From the IMG/VR virus record IMGVR_UViG_2788500332_000006, positions 32,979 through 96,978 of that record: a DNA stretch of 64,000 bases. One strand, 5' to 3'. Positions 42,920 through 53,477 of the stretch are shown one piece after another. The notes below the pieces were generated by a model. It was given only the letters and a program-made list of their open reading frames with translations. It ran no database searches and was not told the DNA's origin. The translations under genes and the position numbers were made by a program. Position 1 is the stretch's first letter. Every line of letters begins with the position of its first letter. Source of the stretch: a virus. Its lineage: Duplodnaviria; Caudoviricetes.

Positions 42920-44536
42920 TCAGAACTCCAAAATGATGATGATGCCCGGCGAACCGTTACCGCCAAAGGTGCCGTTCGCCGTGACCACGCAGGCTCCGCC
43001 GCCGCCCGCGCCGTAACCAGTCGCCGCACCTCCGCCATAGGCTCCAGTGCCACCGCCACCACCAAGGCCGCCGAATCCGAGGCCAAGCGGGCCATCTCCG
43101 CCGCTGCCGCCGTGTGACTGTTCAGAGCCGGCCACGTAATAGGAATAATCCCGTGGTCCGCCCGGCAGGTTGACCAAACCGCCACTGCCAACAACCGGAG
43201 CAATGGTGGCGCTGCCCGGCCCGCCGGAGCCGATATATGTATTGCCGCCGATTACGAGCGAGGATGCACCACCATTGTTACCGTGAGTGTTGGACACGCC
43301 GGTGCCACCAGCGCCAACCGTGGCGGCATAAGCCATACTGTCGTCAACGTCCGCCACGGCTATCGTGGCGCCGCCACCAAAACCACCATTTCCAATACCG
43401 ACGGAACTCCGGCCCTGTCCTGCACCGCCGCCGCCGCAGACGATGGCGAGCCACTTGGTGACGCCAGCGGACGGAGTGACGTTGCCGGAAGCGGTCACGA
43501 CTCGGACGTTCTTCAGGCCTCCACCAGCAAGAGCATTCTTCACGAAGGCTGTGGTGGCCAGCTTGGTGGAGACGTCTCCGGAGGCGGGGGTTGGGGCTGA
43601 GGGGGACACTGAGAAGGCCATGCTGCGGCCTGCCCGCGAAACCGAGTAGACAGTTCCCAGGGAGTCCCCTGCGTCATCAAAAGCATCGAACTGGAAGTTT
43701 GACCCGGTGTTGCCCCCATCCTCCGGCGTCGCGTTTGCACGCATAGACCACCGAGCCAGGCCATTGGTCATCCACATAACCCAGCGGTTGAGGCCCGGCG
43801 CGTCATTGACGTAGATGTCCTTGCCAGTCAGTTGGCCTGCTGCGCCATACTTCGCAGGGGCGCTCGCTGTCCCGTCGTCCTTGAACGCGGTCTTCAGGTA
43901 GTAGGAGGTCGGATCGAACAAGGCGGCCGCAGCGGCACTCGCCGCCGCCTCCGCTGCCTTGCCGGTCGCCACGCCAGCCGCCGTCGCCGCGGTATTGGCG
44001 TGCCCCTCGGCCGCGACGACCGCGCCGGCGATGCCGGCCACCGTCTCGATGTCCTCGGCGATCGGCACGAGGGCCAGCATCTGCGGCTGGATGTCCGACA
44101 GCGCCAGCACCGCGCCGGTCAACCTGTCCACCGACACCGACGAGGTCACCGGCAGCACCACGGCGCGCGCCACCTGCTCCTTGAGTTGCAGCGACATCTG
44201 CGTCTGCAGATCGATCGCCCGTTCGATGGTTTCGGCGAAATAGGCGCCCTGGTTCTCGAGGTCGATGTCCTGCATAAACGGCACGTTGAGGATCAGCGTC
44301 ACAAGGTAGCCGGCCTCATAGGCCAAGGCCGTCTTCACCGCCCCGCCGCCGCTGTCGCCGACACCGGACACCGTATAGTCGGTGCCGAGCGCCAGCGCCG
44401 TCTCGGTGCCGTCCGGCGCCGTCAGGATGACGCGGATGTGCGCCGCGTCGTAGATCCTGAATTCGTAAGGAAAACTGGTCGTCGCCCCGTTGCAGGCATA
44501 GGGGCCGGAGCGGTTCGCTTCGCTCGCAATGGTCAT
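42920..44536 (-). CDS. Tail fibre protein with Gly-rich C-terminus
   Basis: N-terminal YACNGATTSFPYEFRI..GTDYTVSG attachment domain; STKLATTAFV; GGGGAG repeats. Confidence 0.88.
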   Translation of the reverse strand: MTIASEANRSGPYACNGATTSFPYEFRIYDAAHIRVILTAPDGTETALALGTDYTVSGVGDSGGGAVKTALAYEAGYLVTLILNVPFMQDIDLENQGAYFAETIERAIDLQTQMSLQLKEQVARAVVLPVTSSVSVDRLTGAVLALSDIQPQMLALVPIAEDIETVAGIAGAVVAAEGHANTAATAAGVATGKAAEAAASAAAAALFDPTSYYLKTAFKDDGTASAPAKYGAAGQLTGKDIYVNDAPGLNRWVMWMTNGLARWSMRANATPEDGGNTGSNFQFDAFDDAGDSLGTVYSVSRAGRSMAFSVSPSAPTPASGDVSTKLATTAFVKNALAGGGLKNVRVVTASGNVTPSAGVTKWLAIVCGGGGAGQGRSSVGIGNGGFGGGATIAVADVDDSMAYAATVGAGGTGVSNTHGNNGGASSLVIGGNTYIGSGGPGSATIAPVVGSGGLVNLPGGPRDYSYYVAGSEQSHGGSGGDGPLGLGFGGLGGGGGTGAYGGGAATGYGAGGGGACVVTANGTFGGNGSPGIIIILEF

Positions 44537-44584
44537 CGGCAGGCCTCGCTGGTTTTGCGAGACCCTACCTCGCCAGGGTTTATT

Positions 44585-47500
44585 TCACCGCGCCCCGAAC
44601 ACATGGCCGATCGCCACGGCTGGCGGGGCGTCCGTCAGGAGTGCGGCGGCCATCATGGTCGATCGGACGGCCTTCGCATCGCCCCTATCGCCTGCGGATG
44701 TGGCCAGCCCGGCCCACATCGCCGCCCGCGCCGCGCTGTCCGGCGAGGCCGGCGCGGGGGCGCCGATCGGGCCGAAGCCGGCATCGCCGCCGCTTCCGGG
44801 CGCCCGCAGCACCGCCGTCTCGCGGGCGAACAGCAGGGCCGCGGCGAGGGCGCGCGACAGGTTTGCCGGGTTCGATGCGGCGGGAGAGGCCATCAGCGCC
44901 GCGACCAGGGTCCGGACGGACGCCGCCGCCTTGCCGCCCGGCGCGCGCCCCGCATCCGCCCGCCGCGCCGCGTCGTCGCCCGCCGCCACGGCCCGCGCCT
45001 CGTCGCCGGACCGGTCGAGCTGCCGGCGATAGCCGGAAAGCCACGCCGGCATGTCGGCGAGCTGCCAGCGCGCGCGCCCGATCAGCCAGCCGGCCAGGGC
45101 ATCCGCCCCGCCGTCGCCGCGTTTGGCCGCCGCCGCCCGCCGCCCGGCCATCAGGCCCGACCGGCCGGCGATCCGGTCACTGACGCCGGGGGCGAACGTG
45201 TCCCCGAGGCCGGCCGCGAAATCCGCCCCCGCCGCCGCCATCGCGCCGGCCAGCCCCGCCGCGTCGACCAGCGCGGCGGCGAGATCGCGGGCCAGCCGCT
45301 CGGCCGCCGGATCGTCCATCTCGGCCGCCGCCATCCGCTCCAGAAAATCCCCGGCGCGCAGGTCGCCGGCCGCCGCGTCGTCGATGAAGGCGGCGAGCGT
45401 TTCGAGGTCGCCGGCCCGGCCGCCCCCGGCGAAGGCGTCGCGCAGCGCCGGCTGCCCGATCAGCCGCCCGGCGTTGGCCAGCGGCTCGGACAGTTCGAGG
45501 TCGGAGAGCAGCCGGTCGACGTAGGCGTGGAAGGCGGCGAGGTCGAGACTGAGGCCGCCGCCCGCCCCGCCACCGCCTCCGGTCATGGCCGTGGCCTTGG
45601 CGAACCGGCCGGCCCGCACCGCCGCGGCGAGGTCGCCCGCGCCGGCCAGCGGATAGAAGCCGCCCTTCAGCGCGACGCCGCCGACGGTCACCGGCCGCGC
45701 CCCGACCCACGCCGGCGTCCCGCCGGTTGCCCGCCGCTCGCGCGCGGCGATCTCGCCCCGGAAGCCCTCGAGATAGTCCCACACCGCCGCGATGAAGCGG
45801 GCGTCGCGGCCGTCGAGCGCCGCCAGGATCGGCGGCACCGCCTCCGGCGCCAGCCCCGCCTCGCCGCCGGCCAGGCGCGCATGGCCGGCCTCGTTGCCGG
45901 CGTTGAGCGCGATGGCGATCATCTCCCAGCGCGACAGCGACCGCCCCAGCCCCGGCAGGAAGCGGCGCACGCCCATCGCCCGCCGCTCGTCCGCCGCGTA
46001 GGGCGCGTAGAGCGCCGCGATGTCCGCCGCCGCCCGCTGCCGGCGGCGACCGAGCGCCTGCCTCGCCGCATTGATCGACGCGACCAGCCGGCGGACCGAC
46101 GGCGCCCCGTCGCCGGCGATCTCGCGCAGCAGCTCGGCGGCGGCGCGGCCGGGATCGACGGGGCGAGCCCCCGTCCCACCCTCCGCGCCGCCCGGCGCCC
46201 GCGCCACGGCGGCCACCGCTTCGGCCACCGCCGCGCTCAGGCTTTGCCGCCCGCGCGCGTCCACCAGCGCGTCGTTGCGCCCCATGGCGTGTTCGATGTT
46301 CTCGAGGCTGGCGACCACCGCGCGGAGCTCGCCGGCCGGCAATTCGCGATAGGGCCGCCCCTCGCCGCCGGCCAGCACGGCGTCGGCAAGCGCCAGCTCG
46401 TTCTCCCGGCCGGCTGCCGTCATCGCCTTCGCGAAGGCGGCCACGGCGCCGCGCGGCGCCGGGTCGCCGGGCTTGCGGAACTCGAACCGGTCGAGGATGG
46501 CGTCGATGGCCGACCATCCGTCGATGCCCTGCGTCACCTCCGGCCGGTCCGGCCGGTCGAGACGGCGCACCGTCCGTTCCGCCGCCTGGAGATCGTCGGC
46601 GATCCGCCGCGCCTCGGCGTAGAGCGCCAGGTTGAGAAGCTGCCGGCGCCGGGCGTCGTAGAGCTTCTTGCTCCTTTCCCCCTCCTCGCCGGAGGCGGAG
46701 AGCTTCGCCGCTTCCTCGCCGGCCCGCCGCTCGGCGGCCAGGTGGCGCCGGGCGTCGACGGCGTCGCGCACCGGCGTTCCGGCCAGCGCCGCGCGGGCGA
46801 AATCCTGCGCCGCCGCCGCCGTCAGTGGCCTGTCCTCGCCGGCCGGGCCGGCCAGCGCCCGGAGCTCGGCGGCCAGCCAGTCGGCCATCCGGCCGCCATG
46901 GATGGCGGCGAGCGCCTTTTCCGGCAACGTGCCGTCGACGAGCGGGTCGCCATGGCGCTCGATCATCAGGCGGCGGGCCTCGGCGGCGATCGTCGCGCCG
47001 CGCCTCGGCGCCAGCGCCATCGCCTGGATCATCTCGTCGCCGCTCGAAAAGCCGAACAGGCCGGCCGCCTCGTCGGGGTCGACGCCGCCCTCGGCGGCAT
47101 AGGCGGTGGAGCGCCCGCGCGGCAGCGCCGCCAGCACCGCCTCGCCATAGCGCTCGACCAGGATCGGCCGCGACAGCCTGAGCACGGGCAGCGGGCGGGG
47201 CGCATCGCCCAGCCGGCGGCGGTTGGTCAGCCACTCGGTCGCCCGATAGACCGGCAGCGCGTCGATCCGCCCCTCGGCCTCGCGCGTCGCCGCCGCCAGC
47301 CCGTCGCGATACCATTTTTGGCGCGCCGCCCGCACCGGCCGCATGATCGCCTGGGTCAACCGCTCCTCGGCCTCGGCTTCCGCCGCCGCCCGCAACGCCC
47401 CGAGATCGGCCGACACCGGACCGAGATCGCCGGCCGCCCGGCGCGCTGCGGCGATTTCGGCGTCGGTGGCCAGCAGCCGGTCGAACACATCGCCCACCTC

Positions 47501-47899
47501 GGGCGCGACCGCCACACCGAGCCCGCGCATCGTCAGGTAGGCCTCGATCAGCCAGGCCCGGAAACGGCGGAACGCCAAGCGCGGCCCGGCCGGCAACGCC
47601 TTGCCGTCCAGAAGATAGGCGGCGAAGGCGCGGGCGAACCGGTCCTCGTGGTCATCGGCCTCGCCCCACCAGCGGGACAGCGCCTCGCCATCGGCTCTTG
47701 CAGCCGCATCGCCGTGATCGCCCGTAGTCGTGAGAAGTGTCAGGAACAAGCGAGCGCCATCGCGCAGGAGTCCCGGAAGATCGCCAGCAGCGAACAACCG
47801 CTTCAGCGCCCCGGCCCCTCCGGGTGCTTTGTCATCGTCAGGGCCGGGGTAAAGGCGGGGGGCCTCCTCGCCTGTCGTCCGAGGGGAACTGATCGTCAT
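44585..47899 (-). CDS. C-terminal portion of a large ejection/internal virion protein, degenerate
   Basis: HEDRFARAFAAYLLDGK..FRRFRAWL..VFDRLLATD; IAIALNAGNE; LKGGFYPL; start re-picked at ATG 47899 (GGAGA RBS). Confidence 0.7.
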   Translation of the reverse strand: MTISSPRTTGEEAPRLYPGPDDDKAPGGAGALKRLFAAGDLPGLLRDGARLFLTLLTTTGDHGDAAARADGEALSRWWGEADDHEDRFARAFAAYLLDGKALPAGPRLAFRRFRAWLIEAYLTMRGLGVAVAPEVGDVFDRLLATDAEIAAARRAAGDLGPVSADLGALRAAAEAEAEERLTQAIMRPVRAARQKWYRDGLAAATREAEGRIDALPVYRATEWLTNRRRLGDAPRPLPVLRLSRPILVERYGEAVLAALPRGRSTAYAAEGGVDPDEAAGLFGFSSGDEMIQAMALAPRRGATIAAEARRLMIERHGDPLVDGTLPEKALAAIHGGRMADWLAAELRALAGPAGEDRPLTAAAAQDFARAALAGTPVRDAVDARRHLAAERRAGEEAAKLSASGEEGERSKKLYDARRRQLLNLALYAEARRIADDLQAAERTVRRLDRPDRPEVTQGIDGWSAIDAILDRFEFRKPGDPAPRGAVAAFAKAMTAAGRENELALADAVLAGGEGRPYRELPAGELRAVVASLENIEHAMGRNDALVDARGRQSLSAAVAEAVAAVARAPGGAEGGTGARPVDPGRAAAELLREIAGDGAPSVRRLVASINAARQALGRRRQRAAADIAALYAPYAADERRAMGVRRFLPGLGRSLSRWEMIAIALNAGNEAGHARLAGGEAGLAPEAVPPILAALDGRDARFIAAVWDYLEGFRGEIAARERRATGGTPAWVGARPVTVGGVALKGGFYPLAGAGDLAAAVRAGRFAKATAMTGGGGGAGGGLSLDLAAFHAYVDRLLSDLELSEPLANAGRLIGQPALRDAFAGGGRAGDLETLAAFIDDAAAGDLRAGDFLERMAAAEMDDPAAERLARDLAAALVDAAGLAGAMAAAGADFAAGLGDTFAPGVSDRIAGRSGLMAGRRAAAAKRGDGGADALAGWLIGRARWQLADMPAWLSGYRRQLDRSGDEARAVAAGDDAARRADAGRAPGGKAAASVRTLVAALMASPAASNPANLSRALAAALLFARETAVLRAPGSGGDAGFGPIGAPAPASPDSAARAAMWAGLATSAGDRGDAKAVRSTMMAAALLTDAPPAVAIGHVFGAR

Positions 47900-48250
47900 T
47901 CTATTCTCCGACAATAGGGCGGGCAGGACCGACCAGCTTCCCGCGCATTGTGCGAGGGAAATGAAGTCGAACCTCCGAGCTTTTCGCGGGCCGTAGAGAA
48001 GGCAGGCGTCCGCCCGCTCTCTTGAGCCGATGTGGGCCGGTGCAAACGAGCTTGAGATTGGCTTTGGTCGACAGGGCGGCATTCCCCAACGGCAGGAGTG
48101 CCGTATGCTAGAGGCCGGAGGGTTTCCGCCATGGCTGGCGATGCCATCACCACCTAGCGGACCTGCGCTCGTTCGCTGGCCCTTTACGTATTCATCGCGA
48201 GTTCCGAGAAGGTTGTCCGCCATTGTCTCCTCACATCCTGAGAGAGCATA

Positions 48251-48727
48251 GTGGAAATCAACAGAGAGCAATCAGCCGCTCCATCAACGAAATTGGGCGA
48301 GCACGCCCGTTTGCCACAGGCTCAGATGAAAATGAATCAGGACGATCAAGAAAGAGAGAGAGAAGCCAAATCAATTAAGGGCAAAAACCGGAATAAATGC
48401 CTTCTGATTTTGTTTCTCACCTCTCTTGTTTTGGCTAGCATAAGTGTAGAGATCGCCGATATCGCAAGCCCAGGAACTTATTCCTCCTCAACAGCGTATT
48501 ACTGGGGAGGAATAACCGGGGCCACGATCACGACATACATCTTTTCCTTGTTCTTTTTTGCAATAGTCAGGTTGATCCGCGGCGGCTCCACGCCGTTAGC
48601 AGGGCTCGGCACAGGCATCGCTGCTGCACTCCTGCTGTTCGGCATTACGACTCACAAGGACGCAAACCTCATAGACAAGAGTTATGAAGCGACCCATGCT
48701 GAAGACGCTGGATCATCGCAGCGTTGA
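48251..48727 (+). CDS. Three-TM membrane protein, paralogue A
   Basis: NKCLLILFL..SLFFFAIVRL..AGLGTGI; true start probably 48326/48332. Confidence 0.8.
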   Translation: MEINREQSAAPSTKLGEHARLPQAQMKMNQDDQEREREAKSIKGKNRNKCLLILFLTSLVLASISVEIADIASPGTYSSSTAYYWGGITGATITTYIFSLFFFAIVRLIRGGSTPLAGLGTGIAAALLLFGITTHKDANLIDKSYEATHAEDAGSSQR

Positions 48728-48795
48728 AACAAATGCGTTAGGCCTCACAGCCAGACAGCTCTCGGTCTTGCGTCCGGATTGGCCTAGAAGGGACT

Positions 48796-51708
48796 TCAAG
48801 GAGAAATCGAGCGCATGAGCGTATCTTTGTCTGTAGAAGGCGCCGGCCCCTCGGAAAGCTCCTTTTGAGTTTTCCAGAAGGCGCGCTTCCTTTCTTCCTT
48901 TGCAACCTTGTGTTGTCTTGAGGCCTCTCTCTTTTTATCGGCGTTATTCTGCCGGATCTTCGCACCATCCGCCTGCTGTTGAGCTTCTGCTTCCCTGCGC
49001 GCTTCGTTCCTTTTCTGCTGTTGTGTTTTTCCTTTCTCGTGTGTTTGGCGAGAGGAGTCGGAGGGCGGATTAGTGCTTCTAGTGTCAAGCGAAGGACCAT
49101 TGGCGGACGTCGGCGAAGGTTTGTCAGTAGGGACACCAGTGGAGGCTGCGACTGGTTCGGTGCCAGTATCGAGTTTGGCCCTCCATTGGGGAGCCTCCTT
49201 TGTTATCTCCTCAAGCGCTTTGCGAACTTCTTCGTTGTATTTCTCGGCCACTGCCCATGGCATATCGGACGGATCGAGGCGAAGATGCCTCAGCATGGCC
49301 TCCCCCTCCTTCATTCCAGCGAAATCCACGAGATAACTGGCGGTGGGAATACGCAGATCGCCACCAGTCGATACGGCTGTGTCGAAATCCGATATGGGAG
49401 CTCCCTTTATTTTTCGGAAAACCTCGCGCGGCTCTGCACCGATCTCCTTCATGCCAACGAAGAATTCATCCGGAGATATATAAAGATATTCGGCCGGCTC
49501 CCCCTTTAACTTCTCTCCAACGAAATCGCGAAGCACTTCAAGATCTTGTCCGCTTGCCCTCCATGAACTAGATTCGCTCGAAATACTCTTCAGAGCAGTA
49601 TAATTTCGACCACTTGCATGTACTTGTCCGATAACATTACCAAAATAGGAAGAAATAGCTCCACCTAGAAAGGCCCCCCCTGTCCCCTCCAGCCATTCTT
49701 GATTTTTATCAAACTTCCACCACGAAATTAAATTTTCCCCGGTCTTCTGAGTTGCCTGCTGCACCCCTTCCATGCCAGCGGTCAACAGTGTGCCCGCCGT
49801 TCGACCAAGAGCGTTTTTGACGAATGGGATTTTCGCCACCTTTTCCGCGAAGGGAAGCGAGGAAAGCGCACCCCATCCCGCATTCCACCAACCGGCTTCA
49901 GTTTGAACGACCTCGCTGGCTCCGGCCTCGCGCGCCTTGGAGACTCCAGCCCCTCCCGAGCGCAAAGCCCCGTAAAGAGCCAATCCAATCGCGCCTGCAA
50001 TTCGTGGAATGCTCAAAGCCGCCAGGATATCAGGAGTGGCCTCTCCGGCCAGGCTAGCTAAGCTATTTTCCTGACCGGGCGTGGCAGCCCATTCCGTTCG
50101 AGCGTAATTTTGCCAATACTCTCCGGACGCTTGATGCCTTCGAGCGGAGCTTTGAGTGTCAAGCCTCACTCCATTCAAATATTCAAGTACTTTTTTCGGA
50201 TCTTTATGCTCGAAAACAACTGAATCTAGCTCTCTATACAAATCTTTGTAATAGTAGAAATACTGCTGACTCGCCATTACACGAAGTTTATCATAATCTT
50301 GAATTTTTGCATAAGCGATTGCATTAGCAATATCCTCTATTTCTCTAATTTTTTCAGGAGACGGCTCGGAAAGCTGTCCAATAAATTCTTCGGCTTGCCC
50401 ATACGAAGTTATAGCCCATCTAATTAATCCCTTCGCGTATTCGGGAGAAATGAGTTCGGAATTGGCCGCCACCGTCCAACTTCCAATCGGAATGGGCCCG
50501 TTTGGCGCAGTGGGCTTCGGCGCTTCAAAAACGGCACCATCGTAGGGAGCCGGTGGGCGAAACATGTTCAAGGGATCTGTGAGCGACGGCAGGGGATAGG
50601 CGTCATACCGCCCCCGTTCCCAGGCCGTCGCGTCGGGACCGGTATAGGCTTCATTACCGGCTGGAGCGCCAGACGGTTGCCCCGCCGAAGCGAACAGGGC
50701 TCGCAACTCCCTCTCCGCAGCCTTTCGTCCGACAAGACCGTAGGCCATCTGGTCAACCAGGCGATGAGCCTCATGCCGTCGAATGCCCGGATGCTGATCG
50801 ATGCTGAGGTGAAGATAGTACAGAGAGCCTTGGTTGCCGCCGGCAACCGCACTGATGAGCTTGTCCTGCTCTGGAGAAATAGCGACGGGAGAACCCCGCT
50901 CCGGAGCTTTTGCCTCAGTCCCCCCTACCACTGGCGCCGTGGCACCCGGCTTCACCCCTTCAGATGAAGTCGAAGGAGGCACATTGATCTGTTCCGTTCC
51001 TGCTGGAGCGGCACCCGGCACGGCAGCGGTGGGTACGCCCGCATTGTTCTGCGGTGCCGAAGGAGAGGCGACCGGCCCCGATACCGCCGGAGCACCGGCG
51101 TTAGGCACGTCCGCGTTTTCCGGTGTCTCGGCGGGAATGCTGTCTGTCACGCCTGCACCAACGGGCGGATTGGCGGCGGCGGTTGGCGCCTCCATCGGGC
51201 GCGGAAGTGGAACGGGAACAGGCTTTCCCGAATTCGCCGCAAGAATGGGCGGAGAAACCTCCGCGTCCCCGATCGGCGCCGAGACCGCCGGGATGGAGGC
51301 TGAAGCCAACTGCAATCCCGGCCAGAACGCTCCGCCTATCGGGCGACGTGACGCATCGATGGCCTTGTTTGCCGCCTGCTCGATAGCCACGAGCGAGGGG
51401 TAGTGTTCCCTGGCGACGGGCGGGTTTTTGGGGTTGCTCAGATAGTCGAACAGCTTGGGCGCGCTGGTTCGAAGCGCGTCCATCTCCGCATCGTCGACGA
51501 CCTTGCAGAACGCCTCGCGGTTGTCTCTGACCACCTCCTCCGGCGCCGGCTTGTTTCCCGTCAGGTCGGCCACTTGCTCGGAGAGCAGGGCGTCCGTGCG
51601 GGGCGTGCCGTCGTCTTCCAGCTGGGCCACGGTCTGGAACTGCTTGCGCGCGTCGTCGTCCCGCCGCTGCCTACCCTTGTAGGCGTCGTAATTGTCAGGG
51701 GTGAGCAA
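48796..51708 (-). CDS. N-terminal portion of a large ejection/internal virion protein with mosaic centre
   Basis: TGGDLRIPTASY..HLRLDPSDM; TTG 51708 after GGAGA (supported by the duplicate at 53189); Pro/Ala linker; AT-rich centre. Confidence 0.7.
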   Translation of the reverse strand: MLTPDNYDAYKGRQRRDDDARKQFQTVAQLEDDGTPRTDALLSEQVADLTGNKPAPEEVVRDNREAFCKVVDDAEMDALRTSAPKLFDYLSNPKNPPVAREHYPSLVAIEQAANKAIDASRRPIGGAFWPGLQLASASIPAVSAPIGDAEVSPPILAANSGKPVPVPLPRPMEAPTAAANPPVGAGVTDSIPAETPENADVPNAGAPAVSGPVASPSAPQNNAGVPTAAVPGAAPAGTEQINVPPSTSSEGVKPGATAPVVGGTEAKAPERGSPVAISPEQDKLISAVAGGNQGSLYYLHLSIDQHPGIRRHEAHRLVDQMAYGLVGRKAAERELRALFASAGQPSGAPAGNEAYTGPDATAWERGRYDAYPLPSLTDPLNMFRPPAPYDGAVFEAPKPTAPNGPIPIGSWTVAANSELISPEYAKGLIRWAITSYGQAEEFIGQLSEPSPEKIREIEDIANAIAYAKIQDYDKLRVMASQQYFYYYKDLYRELDSVVFEHKDPKKVLEYLNGVRLDTQSSARRHQASGEYWQNYARTEWAATPGQENSLASLAGEATPDILAALSIPRIAGAIGLALYGALRSGGAGVSKAREAGASEVVQTEAGWWNAGWGALSSLPFAEKVAKIPFVKNALGRTAGTLLTAGMEGVQQATQKTGENLISWWKFDKNQEWLEGTGGAFLGGAISSYFGNVIGQVHASGRNYTALKSISSESSSWRASGQDLEVLRDFVGEKLKGEPAEYLYISPDEFFVGMKEIGAEPREVFRKIKGAPISDFDTAVSTGGDLRIPTASYLVDFAGMKEGEAMLRHLRLDPSDMPWAVAEKYNEEVRKALEEITKEAPQWRAKLDTGTEPVAASTGVPTDKPSPTSANGPSLDTRSTNPPSDSSRQTHEKGKTQQQKRNEARREAEAQQQADGAKIRQNNADKKREASRQHKVAKEERKRAFWKTQKELSEGPAPSTDKDTLMRSISP

Positions 51709-51956
51709 AGGCCTGTCTCCCAAAAGGATCAGGCCAGACGCTAAGTCGTGGTGGGTTTCCGTACTGATCGGCAACGCCGATCGATACGATCGGCCGATGG
51801 GAATGCCATGGGCATTGGGGTGCAGGTCCCCGTAGTCGCCCTAATTCTAAAAAGAGTTGCAGACCGCTGCCGACTCGCCCACCAAATTGGCGCATTCGCA
51901 ATGACCGACAATGAACCTGCGATGTCTGTTTAAAGGCTTGAGCGAAAGGTAAGAAA

Positions 51957-52280
51957 ATGCTGCGAGACTATAGTCCTCAAGAGAAAAGGAGCGGCTTTTG
52001 GAAGAGCATCGCTATCCTGTTTCTTCTTTCGGTCGTCGGCAGCCTTGCGCTCAAGCTGCACAGAGGCGATGAAGTTGGCCACTTCCGCGGCGCCCAGGGA
52101 CGATGGGTCGGAGAACTTCTGGGTGAGGCCGGCATCCCTTTCTTCGCCGGGCTGCTTGTCTTCGGTATCGTCAGGCTGATGCGTTGGGCCGACGCTCCCA
52201 AGGCCGGACTGATATCGGGCATCATCACCACACTGATCTTTTGCGGCTTGCTCTATCGCGCCGATATGTTGTTCCCTTAA
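51957..52280 (+). CDS. Three-TM membrane protein, paralogue B
   Basis: ILFLLSVV..WVGELLG..FGIVRL..PKAGLISGI. Confidence 0.75.
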   Translation: MLRDYSPQEKRSGFWKSIAILFLLSVVGSLALKLHRGDEVGHFRGAQGRWVGELLGEAGIPFFAGLLVFGIVRLMRWADAPKAGLISGIITTLIFCGLLYRADMLFP

Positions 52281-52507
52281 GAGTTTGCTCGAAACTCGCT
52301 GGTATCAGGCCAAAAAGTTGCAGTGGGCCGGCGGCGTCCGTCCTGTTCCTGACATCAACAATGGAACTCAGCCGGCACGCCTTCGTCTTGTCGTCCCGCG
52401 TCATGCCTTTCCTGCAGGATCAGGACCTGCTGGCCGCCTGCCGCAAAGAGCTTCTGGAATGGGCGAAGACCAATATCAAGGTTGAGTGACAGCGCGGGAG
52501 GTAAGAT

Positions 52508-52849
52508 ATGCAGCAGGATGGAACGCAAGAGGCGATTGAACAGGTCGCGGCGTCAAAAAGCAACGGCAGGAACAAATGCATGCTCATCCTGCTCGGCTTG
52601 TCTCTGGTCATAACGGTGGTCATGGCCATAGCGACCGGCCAGAGCATTCCGGACCGTCCTTTTGGAATATCCGGGTTCATCGGCGAGCAACTCGGGTTTG
52701 CGCTGGGCCTGTTTCTTCTTTCGCTGCTCTTTTTCGCTTTGGTGCGACGCAAGCGCAAAGACAATGTGCCGACGGCAGGGCTCGGCACCGGCATCGTTTG
52801 CATGCTCATCTGGAGCTATTTCATCTACGTTGGCGCCACGAGCCCATAA
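52508..52849 (+). CDS. Three-TM membrane protein, paralogue C
   Basis: NKCMLILL..FIGEQLG..SLLFFALVRR..PTAGLGTGI. Confidence 0.8.
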   Translation: MQQDGTQEAIEQVAASKSNGRNKCMLILLGLSLVITVVMAIATGQSIPDRPFGISGFIGEQLGFALGLFLLSLLFFALVRRKRKDNVPTAGLGTGIVCMLIWSYFIYVGATSP

Positions 52850-53189
52850 AGTGCGTCTCCCTCACACTGTCACCAACCCAGAAGTCGTCCCTGGGGATGG
52901 CCGCGCCATCAGGATCACCCAGATACGCAAATAGCTTGGGCGCGCTGGCTCGAATTGCGTCCATTCGCGCGTCGTCGGCGATCCGGTCGAACAACTCCCG
53001 ATTGTATTTGACCAGTTCAATCGGCGCCGGCCTATTCTGGGTCACGGCGGCAACTTCGTCGGAAATCTGTGCATCGCTGGCGATCGAACCGATCTTTTCC
53101 AGCCGGGCCACAGCCAGGAATTGCTTGCGGGAGTCGTCGTTCCGCCGCTGCCTACCCTTGTAGGCGCCGTATTCGTCAGGGGTGAGCAA
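52821..53189 (-). pseudogene. Truncated diverged duplicate of the 5' end of 48796..51708
   Basis: LTPDEYGAYKGRQRRNDDSRKQF..DDARMDAIRASAPKLFAYL vs LTPDNYDAYKGRQRRDDDARKQF..DDAEMDALRTSAPKLFDYL; ~75 bp of upstream DNA also duplicated. Confidence 0.85.
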
Positions 53190-53477
53190 AGACCTGTCTC
53201 CCGAAAAGGATCAGGCCAGACGCTAAGTCATGGTGGGTTTCCGTGCTGATCGGCAACGCCGATCCGTCCGGCGGCCGATGACATGGGGATACCGAGGCTC
53301 CGTCTTCCGGCTTTCTATCCTCTGTATTCACCACGACTCTAGATCTGGTTGCAGTCCATTGTCGACTCGCCTGCGGGAGAGGCATAGTCGACGAGAAACT
53401 GAGATCCGCGCGCCCGATCCTCTTGCTGTCCGTTTGATTCTACTGGTCAGCTAGACGGTTTTGGATATGAGGTTAAA

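Noticed and set aside
42920-44536. Diversity-generating retroelement at the tail fibre
   Set aside because: No reverse transcriptase and no TR/VR repeat pair seen.
43832-47917. 1361-aa + strand ORF
   Set aside because: Arg/Pro/Gly-rich shadow of the very GC-rich - strand genes; no motifs.
47900-48271. First 124 codons of ORF 44585..48271
   Set aside because: Non-protein-like sequence; a good RBS and ATG exist at 47899.
51709-51774. N-terminal extension MPISTETHHD of the 992-aa ORF
   Set aside because: The duplicate near 53200 has a 1-bp insertion here but keeps RBS and TTG, so the segment is likely untranslated leader.
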